Under the pieces are notes generated by a model that was not told the origin of the DNA, searched no databases, and saw only the letters and a list, made by a program, of their open reading frames with translations. A program made the position numbers and the translations under genes. From positions 806,001 through 870,000 of the forward strand of contig MU008171.1 of assembly GCA_010909165.1 (NCBI GenBank): a stretch of DNA of 64,000 nucleotides. Direction: 5' to 3'. Shown here piece after piece: positions 24,684-37,283 of this stretch (its first letter is position 1; each line of letters begins with the position of its first letter). Source of the DNA: Anthoceros angustus (lineage: Eukaryota; Plantae; Anthocerotophyta).

Positions 24684-25705
24684 ATGGCGTCCCGGGTGCC
24701 GCGCTCTTCCTTCTGGGTTGTTTGCTCTACAGCCTCGCCATTGTTCCTGGCGTGCGCGCGATCCCGACCCTCTCACCGACTTCGAAGCTGGGGTGGAGGA
24801 ATTCGTTTTCCGGGACGTGTTCAAAAACAACGGCGTGCAGGGACCGGGTGGCATCCGCGCTGACCTCCCGTCGCCAAGTTCCCTGCCCTCAAGTACGTTT
24901 GCAGCAATGCGCCGCTTGCCATTGAAACCGTCTGTTTGCAATGTTGGTCCGCAGCAGTAATCCAAGCCTGGTACTGAAGCTAAATGCGTGAAATGAATTC
25001 ATGTGTGTGTTGAAGGTCACAAGGAATCACGGTGGTGAGATTCAAGCTGTTCCCGTGCGGTGAGAACTTGCCGCACACGCACCTGAGGGCAACGGAGGTT
25101 CTCACCATGTTGTCGGGCGGGCTGCTCCAAGTTGGATTTGTCGACACCAATGGTAGGCACCTGAATCTTGCAAGCCTTGGTGACAGCGTTTGTTCATGAA
25201 TTTTGGTGCGCACCAATTCCCACCTGCTCGTCATAATGATGGTGGATGAATGTGTGGCAGGAACCGCGCACATCAACATCCTCAGACCGGGCGACGTGAC
25301 CGTCTTCCCTCGTGGATTGCTGCATTTTGAGCTCAATGTGGAGCCGAGGATGCTGAGTTCATTTCTTCACTCAACAGCGAGAACCCTGGCTCTTTGGTAA
25401 GCCTCTCTGATGAGAGACACACAGCTCATATCTCTGCCGTTCTAGTACTGTTAGTCTAAACAGTTTGCTGTGATGAATACCATGTCTGACCGCTGCCATG
25501 CTCATCCATTACAACCCGTTTTGTGCAGATTGCAGCTCAAGCTCTGTTTCAGCTGCCTTCCCGCAGTTTGGCTGTTGCCCTGAACCAGCCACGCAAGACT
25601 CTGCGCAAAATCAGCAAGACACTGTACGACTACCATGCTCCAGTTCTGCAGACGTCCACAAAGTCAGGCTGCGTTCCCGGCCAGGACATCACAATCGATT
25701 TCTGA
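24684..25705 (+). CDS. GLP: Germin-like protein B1, 4 exons; single-base deletions as sequenced
   Basis: DPDPLTDFEAGVEEFVFRDVFKNNG; PHTHLRATEV; GDVTVFPRGLLHFELNV; last exon QIAAQALF..GCVPGQDITIDF. Confidence 0.8.
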
Positions 25706-26483
25706 GCAACTTCTGCCGGCCTTTTCAACTGTACAGTGCACCTACGATGAATACTAGAAGCTGCATCCTTTCAGGCTCACCACGCCCTTGTTTTCAGGAG
25801 TCTTCTCTGATGCATCCCACAGTAACAGCTACTGCCTAGCATGATTTTGAATGAGGGAATATGCAAGCATGCAGCCATCGTGAAATGTGCATGGACAGGC
25901 AAAATGCCGACGCAGTTTATTTGTCACTCGTCTTTGAGAATGGCACTCAAGGGACAATTAGCTCAATTGAGTGGTAGTCTGCCTCATAGAAGGAGTATTC
26001 CCCAGAATGAGCAGCCCTAGGAAAGCTTCCCAAACTTTTAGTACTTTCAGAGCAGGGCCAAGCATAATCCGAATTAGGACACATCCTCTCCATTTCTCCA
26101 GACTCCGCAAATGCAGGTAATTATAGTTAGTTTTATTAAATGTTTTAATTATTCAAATTCCTTAAATAGATTTATGATATATTTCTTGAATATATTATAT
26201 TTGATAAATTAATATATTTATGAATATATAGTATAATATAATTTAAGACATTAAAAACCAAGTCATGCTACTATACACTACACATAGGCATTCGCATACT
26301 CCACACAAGACATGCATGACAATCATGCCAAATAACAACATCTAGAACTAAGATATGAGTGGGATGTGGAGGTGAAATAGATAACTTGGTAGTAAAAGCA
26401 TAAAGAGCTTTGTGCACTTGGATTTTCCATATCTAATAAATGATATAACCCGCTGCCATGCTCATCCATTACAACCCGTTCTG

Positions 26484-27395
26484 AGGATCCGTTTGACAGA
26501 GCTCGAGTGTTGCCGGCCGAGACTAGAAACGTACCGAGAGGCTACATTCACTGCTTGGGCGATGTTCGGCCGAGTCCAAATGGATAAAAATAGTAGCCAG
26601 CCAACTGCCTCTCCATAGGGTACGGCTTGCATCTCGCTTAATTCTGCTGGTGTGTTGGGGTTGTGCTCAAGTGATATCTTGTCACCGGAGGCCACAGGGC
26701 TGGCACATGGTCTTGCTTCTGAGAGGTTAAATTGTTCCAATAACTGGTGCACATAGTGCTGCTGATGTATAAAGATGGGATGATCACTTGCCGTAGGTTG
26801 GTGAGGAACTGGATCCCCAGGGCGAAGCGCAAAGGCCCAACATCAACCATATCAAACTGATTAGACAAAAGGTGCTTCACCTTATCTATGAGCAATGGGT
26901 CATTTCCGAACAAGTAATTGTCGTCCACATATAAAGCTACCAATACCATGCTGTTGCCCTCTTGCAGGATATACACAAAGCCGCACAAAAGTAAGAAATC
27001 ATGGATGCATTCATTCCAAGCTTTAGCGGACTGCTTGAGGCCATAGAGTGTTTTGAGCAACTTACAGACTAAGTCCTTATGGATGACGAATCCTTCTGGC
27101 TGATGCATATAAATGGTCTTGTGCAGCTGTCCGTTGAGGTATGCGGTCCGCACGTCCATCTGATGCATAATGAGCCTGTGCTGAGCTGCGTAGGACATGA
27201 TGATCCGAATGGAGGTAGCCTTCACCACTGGGCTGTAAAGGTTGTCAGCCTGGTAATCAAAACCAGGTACCTGGTTGAAGCCTCGTGCTACTAGCCGAGC
27301 CTTATACCTTGCTACAGAGTCATTGGGGTGAAGTTTGAGCTTGAAGGTCCATTTACAGGTGATGGCTTTCCTATCGGGTGGTAGAGTTGTGGAAC
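26484..27395 (-). mobile_element. Ty1/copia reverse transcriptase fragment
   Basis: ORF 26638..27447 has KAITCKWTFKLK, YKARLVARGF, HQMDVRTAYLNG, LLKTLYGLKQSAKAWN and VALYVDD; also YGEAVGWLLFLSIWTRPNIAQAV. Near-identical to 55040-55251 and 60589-61088. Confidence 0.95.
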
Positions 27396-29910
27396 TTTCA
27401 AGTGGTGGAACACAATGAAAACAATCCTGTACTAGCGGGAGTCTCATTTCAGTGGTCGTGAGAACATTGCAACAAACAATTGCTAAAGGAGGAAGTGGTC
27501 ATCAGCATCGACAATAGTCATTCAAGAGTGCAGCCGAGCGACTCGTCTATGCCTTGCGCCGATACTGAGTAAAGGACCACCACCAAATTCCGAAGGCGGT
27601 CCATATCCTCTGCGTCAAAGCTGTCATTCTCCTCCAATGCTTGCTCGTATTCATTAGTATAATTCTTGGGCTGAGCTTCGGACGGTGTCGACTGCCACAC
27701 AACATTTAGGGCCTGCTGACCCTCATCCAAAAGCTCGCCAATCGTGGTCTTCAACCTTCTGGCACTCAATGCAACCACTTGGGCTTTAGGGCAATGCTAG
27801 CGTCCTTAAAATGAACAAAGTTAGTTGCCCATACGCCCATGCAAGCATCCTTATAATCAAGGAAGTTGAGTTATTCAAAAGATATGGGTTTTGAACACGG
27901 TACTTATTCATTACGAGACCTTTGACCTTTTCCTCAAGCACTTGACTAACAATCCTAAGTTGCAAGATTGTTGAGCCGCTAAGTATTCATTTTCTTAAAA
28001 ACAGCCTATGAGGAGCCCATGGGGACGGCGCCGGCCGGCCGGCGCCCATGAGCAGGTTGGCGAGGAGTGGCAGTCGCTTTCCAGTTTCACCATCGTGGTG
28101 GTGCTGGGAGGGCGCCGGCCGGCGCCCATGAGGAGCCCATGAGGAGGGCGCCGGTCCCTCCACCCATGCATGTGTGGTGGTGCTGGGAGGGCGCCGGTCG
28201 GCGCCTCCTTAGCACCATCCTACGGTGCATGCGGTGAAGCTAGGGGGGACAAGAAGGGCAGCGGGTATCCTATCACCGATGGAAGGTGTGGCCCATTGCG
28301 AGGAAGGGTTAAAAGATTTGCGTCCATAGGTGATGAAGAGTACAAGTGGTGGGAAGCCTTTTGGGTGGACCAGAAGGAGATTGCTATCATTGTGGAGAAT
28401 AACATTGGGCTAGTGCTACAGCGTCCTTGGAAGTGGTTTTCACGTGCAGAAGTGGATCATATAGCCTGACCACTTCAAGTGCCGGATGAAGCTTTGCTGG
28501 ATGAGGCATTATTGAGGGACCTCCCACAGCGTGATATGTACTTGGAGGCATATCAAAATGCCGGAAGGCAATAGTGGAATGGTGCGGATGAATGGGGACA
28601 TAATGGAAATCTGGAAGGGGATGTTTCTGGCAGTGCCGTGCACTATGGACACGCATAATGTGCCATTCGGATTGGGAGAGTCATTGTGGCGAAGCTAGAT
28701 GCACCACGACCTCACTTTCTTATCCATCGGTATCGGACCGAGCACACGATGCATTTAAGGAGATATGTGTAGGAATACATAGTCCGCCGAGTGCCAACCC
28801 ATCTATTTGATGTCTTGGGGAAAAAGGGAATAAGGTCCATTACCCAAAAACATACATGAGGTGTTTGTGAATGAAAACCCATCCCAGACATGGGTTTGTG
28901 TTGAACGACGGAAACATGTGTATGCGGTGGACAAAAAGCGATAAGGGATAAGCTCATGAGTTGCGCGCTTCATACACTGCGAGTCAAAGTGCCGCTGAAG
29001 ATAGTGATGACAATCTTTGGAAGTTGGACCAAGTGATGACGAAGGATTGAACTCGTGATGAGTGGGCCGAAATCACGGTTTGTCCCGGGTCCCAGAGTGA
29101 ATGTTGTATCAGTTCCATGTTACTATGTTTTGGAAATACCCTGTCTGTGGCTTTTGTTGTGTCCTTACTAAACCACATTTTCCTCCCAAAATCGAATTTA
29201 CTCATCCTTCCCAAGAACGGCCTTCCTTACCGTTCCTACTTTGCATTAATCCCATAGGTTCGAGTTTGCAACCACCATTCGACAGAAACATTGCTGGATG
29301 GAAAGTAGGAACTTTAGTGGGTGACACCCTTTTTTTCGGAGATGTTTTCCAGAATGCCTTAAAAACGCTGTTTTAGGGCCCATTAAAAACCCCCTTCAGA
29401 GATTATTTACGGAAAACCCCCTTCGAGATTATTCACCTTCTTCAAAAATTATGATGTTTAAAGTGTCTAAGGTTGTGTGGTCATGGACGCCCCGCAGGCA
29501 CTAGGATAAACTATGCAGTAAGAGGTTGAAGTGATTACAGTGGGTAACAGCATCTTGGTAGAAAAGGAGTTTCTCTGGCAAAAAAGGGTTATGGCTAAAA
29601 TTGTTTGGACAAAAATGCGTGTTCGCTTTTTTTTTAGGCTTTTTTTTAGGGTATTTGCTAATTTTAATGTAATGTTCAAACCCGCGGTGCCACACCCTAC
29701 ATGTTCATTTGGTCACAATGTGCCGCATCCATGGTAGGGCACCGCGATTTTGAAGAGGTGAAGATTATCAGAACCGTCAGTTATATGCTATTTGTGCATG
29801 TTCTCGCTCATCCCATACAAGCGTTTTAATTAGAAAACAGATAGTACGAGATGACTGCGCAAACAAGTTTGCCCACCCAACGTGATAGTGTGCAAGCTTG
29901 TTTGCACAAA

Positions 29911-31580
29911 ATGAACAAGAAGATCTAGGTGTGCAAACATGTTTGGCACTCGGGGGCAAGAAGGACCAAGTGTGCGCACCTGAGGGCAAGGGGGCCCAGC
30001 TGGGTGAACAAGTGCGTGCACCTTGGGGCAAGGGGGCCCAGGTGCGCGCAATTGTGCGCGCACCAAGGGGCAAGGAGGCACAGGTGCGCGCACCCAAGGT
30101 CAAGAAGGACTTAGGGGTATGAACCATATAGGTTCATGCCTCCTAGTGCATTCCCAGACGGTTCATCCAAAGAAAAAAAGAGCAAAAAATCTAAAAAATA
30201 CGAAAATATTCCAAAAAAATCCAATCTTTTGAGGCAAGTGCACACACTTGCCCTAAAATTTTGGTTTTTTTTTTTTGCACTTTTTGTATTTTTTGATATT
30301 TTTATTATTTTAAAGGTTCCTTTCGGCGTTTTCAATCCTTTTTGTGCACCTCCCTAATGTGGATATGTCCTTATCTTAACTTAGCCTCATCTTTTCGGTT
30401 AAAACTTTGAACTAGTAGTGAACCTTTTGCATCTTTTGAATCTCGAGACGCTTGTGAGCTCCCAAGTGCATACCATACCACTCTCATTCTTGCATCAAGA
30501 CGCTGATCAAGAGCATTAGGTCAACGAAGATATTATTGTCCCAATGTCTAAGAAACAAAGTCCAGAAAATTCCTGTGAGCGAGAGTATAGTCATAGGATT
30601 GACTCAGCAAAGTGAAGAAAAGAAACAAGTTTGTATGCATCCTCATAGCTAGCCCTAAACTCTAAATGTTTGTACACGCAAGCCATGAGAATGACCTTCT
30701 TTAAGAAGATTTAGAATTAGATAAAGTTTAAAATCAAATACGCTTTGTGTACATGAACAAGAAGATCTAGGTGTGCAAACATGTTGGCACTCGGGGCAAG
30801 AAGGACCAAGGTGCACTGAGGCAAGGGGCCCACTGGTGAACAAGTGCACCTTGGGGAGCCTGTGAGCCGCAATTGTGCGCCGCACGGGGCAAGGAGAACA
30901 GTGCGCCGCACTCAAGGTCAAGAAGGACTTAGGGTATGAACCATAGGTTCATGCCTCCTAGTGCATTCAGACGGTTCATCCAAAGAAAAGAGCAAAAATC
31001 TAAAAAATACGAAAATATTCCAAAAATCCATTTTTGAGGCAAGTGCACACACTTGCCCTAAAATTTTGGTTTTTTTTTTTTGCACTTTTTGTATTTTTTG
31101 ATATTTTTATTATTTTAAAGGTTCCTTTCGGCGTTTTCAATCCTTTTTGTGCACCTCCCTAATGTGGATATGTCCTTATCTTAACTTAGCCCTCATCTTT
31201 TTCAGTGGTTAAAACTTTGAACTAGTAGTGAACCTTTTGCATCTTTTGAATCTCGAGACGTTTGGCGTAGCCCAGCTCCAAGTGCATACCATACCACTCT
31301 CATTCTTGCACTGCACGCGGATCAAGAGCATTAGGTCAACGAAGATATTATTGTCCCAATGTCTAAGAAACAAAGTCCTGTAAAATTCCCAGAGCGAGAG
31401 TATAGTCATAGGATTGACTCGTACGAGTGAAAAGTTGGTGCGCAAACAAGTTTGCGCACCAGAATCATAGCTAGCCCTAAAAACTCTAAATGTTTGTACA
31501 CGTGCCGGTTGTGAGAATGACCTTCTTTTAAGAAGATTTAGAATTAGATAAAGTTTAAAATCAAATACGTTTGTGTACAC
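29911..31580. repeat. Direct tandem duplication of ~0.84 kb (29911-30751 and 30752-~31580) with internal GGGGCAAGG/GTGCGCAC microrepeats
   Basis: Both units start ATGAACAAGAAGATCTAGGTGTGCAAAC and end AAATCAAATACG..TTTGTGTAC. Confidence 0.9.
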
Positions 31581-31971
31581 GTAAACAAGACCTAAACTCT
31601 TCAAAACGGCCGTTTTTAGTTCGGATTTTTTTAGCATGCAATTTGGGGTTTGCGGAAGTCCGTGTGCAAAAAAGGATTATTGGAGAAACCCCTTTCTACC
31701 CAGACGCTGTTGGGTGAGGAGTACTCTCTGCGGTGAGATGGTTGGGGTGAGGCTGTTACACGTCTCATGTTATTAAAGGTGTTGAAGGAGTCGTTGTAGA
31801 TGATATGTTTGACAGGTGGCGCCGGGTGTAGTAGATTGCAAGTGGAGTGCATCGTCTAGACGGGTACCTACGAGGCATGATGGAGGATTCGGGATTATAT
31901 GATCATGGCGGTGTTGCGGTAAATATCACGCATGTGGGCCATGCGTGTATAGCAATAGAGCTGTGGGCTAC

Positions 31972-34900
31972 AGACTCCCCTTGGGTGTTAGGAAATAAGT
32001 TGGGTTTTGTTTTTTTCGTAGGTCCGAAGTGTAAAATAAGGCGGAAAAGGAGGAATAAGCACGGACAAGACCGATCGTCCTGAGTAGGTAACGGACCCTG
32101 TACCACTACGAAGAACCTCGGACCGCGCACCGGGTATTGGGATAAGTCCAGACCCCACTCCGGGTCAAAACGGGATAAGTACGCCAGGGAAAGTAACTTA
32201 GAAGTTGGGTCGTGAGTTAGACCAAGCGGCGCCACGTGGACGGCCCGGAATGGAAGACGGGCATGCAGCAGCCAGACTGAGCGCGGGGCCGTTATCAGTC
32301 ACGCCCGCATCGCACAAGGCCGTAGCATGGGCCGAGTAGGCGGAAGCGTGGCGGCCGAGTAGGCGGAAGCGTAAGGCCAGAGTAGGCGGAAGCGTAAGGC
32401 GAGAGTAAGCCATGCGTGCCCCGATCCACGGACAAAGAAGAGCCACCCTCCGCTGACTTACTTCCGACGGCGAGAGGCAAGGCGGAGGTCATTCTCCCAT
32501 GCAACTTCGCAGCGATCTTCGCCGCTCCGCCGACACCCGGCCTCGGGCGTTGTCTTTTGATCACCTGCACCTTCCGCAGCCGACTTCGCGAAGGAAGCAA
32601 TTGACGCCGCGGCCAAGGAGCGGACGACTGCGGAGCCTCACACTCCAACAGCGGGACAGAAGGAGCGGGAAGATGGGACCCAAGAAAGCGGCGGAGGTAT
32701 GGGCGCCATGGAACTTGGTGGAGCGCAACATTGTCACCCGGCGCTATCCGGACTTCGGGCCGTGGCTGGAGGAGGCGGGGGAGTTGGTCGAGGAGTGGCA
32801 CTGGACGCTTCCAGTCCGTTCGACATTTGACAAGTCACCCTAGTCCGGAGTACGCCAAGATGTTGGCAGCAGCCAACAAGGAGGTTCGGCCCAAGAGAGC
32901 CTTCGAGAGGACCCTGTGAGGTGGAGTGGAGGTCCCGAGGGCGTGTGCCCCACCGGAGGAAATTGGGGCGAGTCCAACCCCTCAAGGCCGAGGGAAGATA
33001 GAGGCGGCAAAGGCCGCCCATCGAAGCTGTGAACGCAACGAACAACCAACGGCCGGGTTGATGCCTGAGTTGCGACAGAGGGAGCAAAGGGCCGTGATAA
33101 TTGTCCATCGAACATGCTCACCAAGGTAGATCACCTTGGTGACAACCGGTGTTCCCGCATGCGCGCAGAGGAAGGCGGGCGATCGGGAAGGATCATCTTC
33201 GCCAGATCAATCGTGAAGCTCACAAGCCGAGGTGTGAGAAGCCTCCGCCGGGCGCTATCGCTGCCTAATTCGTGTGGGCACGCGACCTCCAAGGAGGGAA
33301 GAGGAGCGACCAAGGGACCGCCGCCCCACCGGAGGCGTAAGGAAGAACCTGTGAGGTGGAAGCCCGCCCGTCCGAGCAAGAGAGCGCGGAGGAAGACGAT
33401 CGAGGGAATCCTGATTCCATACGCTTGAGCGGACCCCGCCACCAAGGGAAGTGTGGAGGACATCCCGCTTCCTCCTCCTCCCGGTGCCCCACCGAGCAAG
33501 CAGAGGCGGCGGGGAGCCGCCCCCCGGCTGGCCCGCCCACCACCACGACGGCACGATGAGCCCCGACCTGCTCAAGAGGCGGAAGACGGTGCCACCCGCC
33601 AACGCAACACCCCTGACGGCGCCTGTGTTTGCCCCCGCCAACGGAGTGGCAAGAAGTCAAGAGGCGGAGAAGGGAAAGGGACGCGCCAAGGAGCGGGAGG
33701 CCATCAGCACCCACCCGAGCCGGGTCCTGCCTCCGACGGGAGAGGCAAGAGGGTCGCCTCCCAACCCCTCACCCTCCGAGCCCTGTGGAGAAAGAGGGCG
33801 AATAAGGAATTGGCGCCAAGAGGGCCAAAGAAGGTGAGGCTCCTGCAGACTGTGACCTAAGGGTCCCGATTAGGTCCGAGAGCCCGACTCGCCTCCGGGC
33901 GGTATGGAGGTCCTTGGCGGACGAGAGATGCCCGCCCACAACGGACTTGGGGCCTCACTGGCGCCTGTGGAAGAGACACGGGGTCCTGCCACCGCCATGG
34001 ATGAGATGCCTGGGGTCTCGGACGGCCGAGAAGACCTGTGAGGTGGAGGCCAAGGAGGCGATGGTGCTCCTCCAGAGTGATGGAGGCGCCCAGAGGCGAG
34101 GAGGAAGGCGGAAGCCTCGGCCGCATCGAGGAGGAAGCGCCGGAGGCCGAGAGGGAAGTCCGTCCATTCGACAGATCGACTAAGTTTCTTCACCGGGTGA
34201 GCCAAGGTGCAGGAGGCCCAAGCACGGGCCGAGGATCTCGCCAACGGAGGAGGCGCAGCAGAGGCGAGAGGGCTCGAGACCGGCCGAGGCGGCCCTACCG
34301 CCCAACACAGTAAGCGAGGCTCACCAAGGCCAAGGAAGCGGAAGCCACGAAGGTCGACCGGATCACTATCGACGTGATCGAACCGGTGGAGGGGAGCTAG
34401 CCGCTGCCAACCTCAAGGCCGAGCAGCGGGCTGAGCAAGCACGGCCGAGCCGTGAGGAGGCGCTGAGGTCAAGACCGGGAGATCGGGGACCCTGTGGTGC
34501 ACGCAGGAGGTAGAAGGGCGGCAGGAGCCGGAGGATGCAAGGATAGGATTTTTGAGCCGCAACTCCAAGACGACGGAGCAAAGCAGGGGTTCTCAACAGA
34601 GAATCCAAGACTTCGAGGAGATAGAGCGCCCAGCCCGCTTGAAGACGGAGGAGAATAGGCGACGGCAAGGAGTTTGACGCCGCGAGGCCGCAGCAGGAGG
34701 TGGAGGAAGCCGTGAGTCTGACGGGATACCGCCCGCCTGGAGAAGGAAGTAGCGACCGGAAAGGATAAACGGAGGGAAGAAAGCACCGGAGGAGAAGCAA
34801 CGCTGCTCGTCCGCCATGTGAAGCAGAGGAGCTCACCCATGGCCCGCAACCGCAGAGCCGAACGACGGGAGGAGGAGAACGCCGAGCAGCCGGTCGCAGG

Positions 34901-36900
34901 AGGTGAGAGGCCGCCTTGACGGCATCAAGGGAGTCCGCCCGCCAGCTGGTAAGCTTAGCCACGGAGACGCGCCAGCCGACAACATGCCCACCGCCGAGCA
35001 CCTCCGAGGAGGGAGTACCGTGCCCGGCTCATGTGGAGGAGGCGATTCAACAAGTCGATTCCGACGCTATTACCACGCAGAGCTCCTCAAGGCTCGAGGT
35101 CCCGCGCCACCCCAGGCAGGGAGGTGACTTCCGTAAGGGGCGGAAGGAGGAGCAAGGGAGGAAGGACCCGGGGAGCAGCCACGGGACCCTAGGAGCGCTG
35201 CTTGACGACGATGCAGCAGCGCGAGGGAGAGCAGGGAGGAGCCGGAGGAAGGGGTCACTACACGGAGGTAAGCACTCGCACCCCGCACGGAAGGAAGGGA
35301 GGAGGATCCTGGGAGGCCGTGGAAGGGCAACCGGGCACTGGAACCAAGGGAGGGCCTGATGAGCCGTGATCAGCCCGTGAGGAGGCGTAACCAGAGTGGG
35401 TCCGGACTTTGTCCGGACTGAGGAAAGGCCTCAAGTCCGCCTCAAGGAAGTCCGACTTAGAGATCCAGATTTAGTGACGAGACCGGACCCCGAGGTCCTG
35501 ACCTGTGGAAGGGTTGGGTCCAAGACCGACCTCAGAGGCAAGTCCGACCCCGAGGTCCGAACTCCGTAAAGAAGGCCGACACAGGGACCGACCCTGAGGG
35601 AAGACCTGACCTAGAGGTCCTGACCGAGTCGAGACGGGTCCCGAGGTCCCGACTGTGGAGTGGGGAGAGCCACCAAGCCCCAGCAGATCCACTGAGGGCT
35701 CAGGGGCCCGCCAGAGAGATAAGAGAGGAGGGGAGGAGGACTTAGGTGATCACCTGCTGTCGCCGCCACGGTGGCAGCAACAGACTCTGGGAGAGGAAGG
35801 GCCCTACCGCTGATCATCCGATTGTGCGCCTGCAATGGCCGCCGGCCGTGCCAAGAAGGAATCAGGGGCCATCTCACCACCACCGACGGAGATAGGAGGA
35901 ATAGGGAGAATAGTAGGCTTTAATGAGCTGCCTCACCGTAATAGAGGTGTAATAAAGGCGCCGACCGCGAGTATAAGAGGGCCGAGGTCGCCCGAGTAAA
36001 TCATCTTCTCTGGTGTTGATGCCGCTGCTTCCTGCACTTGTGCCTCTTCTTGCTAACGTGAGTCCCGAGTCACTGAAAGGTGCACGGCAGCCCCGGAGAG
36101 ATCGATCAAGGTCCCGTGACGGACCCTAACGTGGTGGTGTGTGTGTGGAAGAGCGATCGGGGACCCTTGTCTGCCCGAGCAGGGCCCGCCAGAGATAAGA
36201 GAGGAGGGGAGGAGGACTTGGTGATGCCAAGCATGCCGCCACGGTGGCATGCCTGCACTCTGGGAGAGGAAGGGGTCCCGGGATCATCCGATTGTGCGCC
36301 TGCAGCGCCGTGGCTCGGGCCGTGCCAAGAAGGAATCAGGGGCCATCTCACCACCACCGACGGAGATAGGAGGATAGGGAGAATAGTAGGCGCCGTTAGG
36401 CACAATGAGCTGCCTCACCGTAATAGAGGTGTAATAAAGGCGACCTTGGCGTAGTATAAGAGGGCCGAGGTCGCCCGAGTAAATCATCTTCTTGGTGTTG
36501 ATGCCGCTTCCTGCGCACCCTTGTGCGCCTTCTTGCTAACGTGAGTCCCGAGTCACTGGTGCACGATGTGAGAGATCGATCAAGGTCCCGTGACGGACCC
36601 TAACGCAGGTGTGTGTGTGGAAGAGCGATCGGGGACCCTTGTTCGTCTGCAGCAAAGGCCTGGGCGAATCCGACCGAACGGTGAGCCGGAGGAACTCCGG
36701 GAGGGCGTGCAGAGCCCGGACGGAGAGACCAGAGCGACGGAGGAGGTCCGGACTGTGCAGCCACTCGCGTTTTTCCCAAGGTTGATGAGTGTAGTGAGAG
36801 TGGTGAGAGGAACGGACTAGAGGAACGAGTGACGAGCGTGAACGATTCGGACGCGAACGGGTCCTTAAACGTTTGGCCACACCGGCCTGCTCGTGGACGC
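31972..36900 (+). mobile_element. Copy 2 of the gag/pol-less two-ORF element (terminal region, frameshifted ORF1, coiled-coil ORF2, duplicated ~480 bp 3' block)
   Basis: TGTGG start homologous to 1459(-). ORF1 pieces MGPKKAAEVWAPW and GRIIFAR; Glu/Arg/Ala-rich ORF2 pieces 33900-35360. Block ~35700-36175 is repeated at ~36180-36640. The right boundary is uncertain. Confidence 0.6.
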
Positions 36901-36939
36901 GAGGTAGTTAGGCGCAAAATGACGGATGTGTGTGTTGAG

Positions 36940-37283
36940 GCTGAACGTTCATAAAGTGAGGTGAGAATCGATTGAAACGCGGCAACCGGAGCCTATCATT
37001 CTCTTGGGAGCGGACTCCTTACTACAACGACACGGGATTGTGCACGCCCGGCTGACCGTCAGCGAAAGTCGCGCCACAAGAGCGCTTGGCTCTGATACCA
37101 TATAGATATCGCGGCCAAGAACAGCAGCTAGCAAGTGAGAGAGTGAGAATACGAAGCAATTAATTGATTATGGAGTGTCGGGGCACTTAGAAAGTCAGTG
37201 GAGTCAGTTGGTTCATCAACCACCATAACTGCGATCATTACTGTCCTAAATAGACTTTAATGTGTACATGCGTGAGGAACCCT
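36940..37283 (-). mobile_element. Copia 5' LTR fragment (37101-37283), tRNA-iMet PBS (37089-37100) and leader
   Basis: GCTCTGATACCA (= TGGTATCAGAGC) directly abuts TATAGATATC. The LTR matches 54264-54443 and lacks the ~26 nt at its outer end. Confidence 0.85.

Larger units (their letters stand above)
22059..25783. repeat. Segmental duplication copy 1 (GLP-A plus GLP-B unit, ~3.7 kb); copy 2 at 50486-54228
   Basis: Collinear and near-identical by eye from AGAGA(T/G)AGCCGGAACAAG to TTCAGGCTCACCAC. Confidence 0.95.

Noticed and set aside
26110-26445. AT-rich segment as a MITE or Helitron
   Set aside because: I could not find TIRs, a TSD or a Helitron 3' hairpin/CTRR end, so it is left unclassified.
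37089-37100. TGGTATCAGAGC-type motifs as tRNA genes
   Set aside because: These are only 11-12 nt primer-binding sites adjacent to LTRs; there is no cloverleaf.
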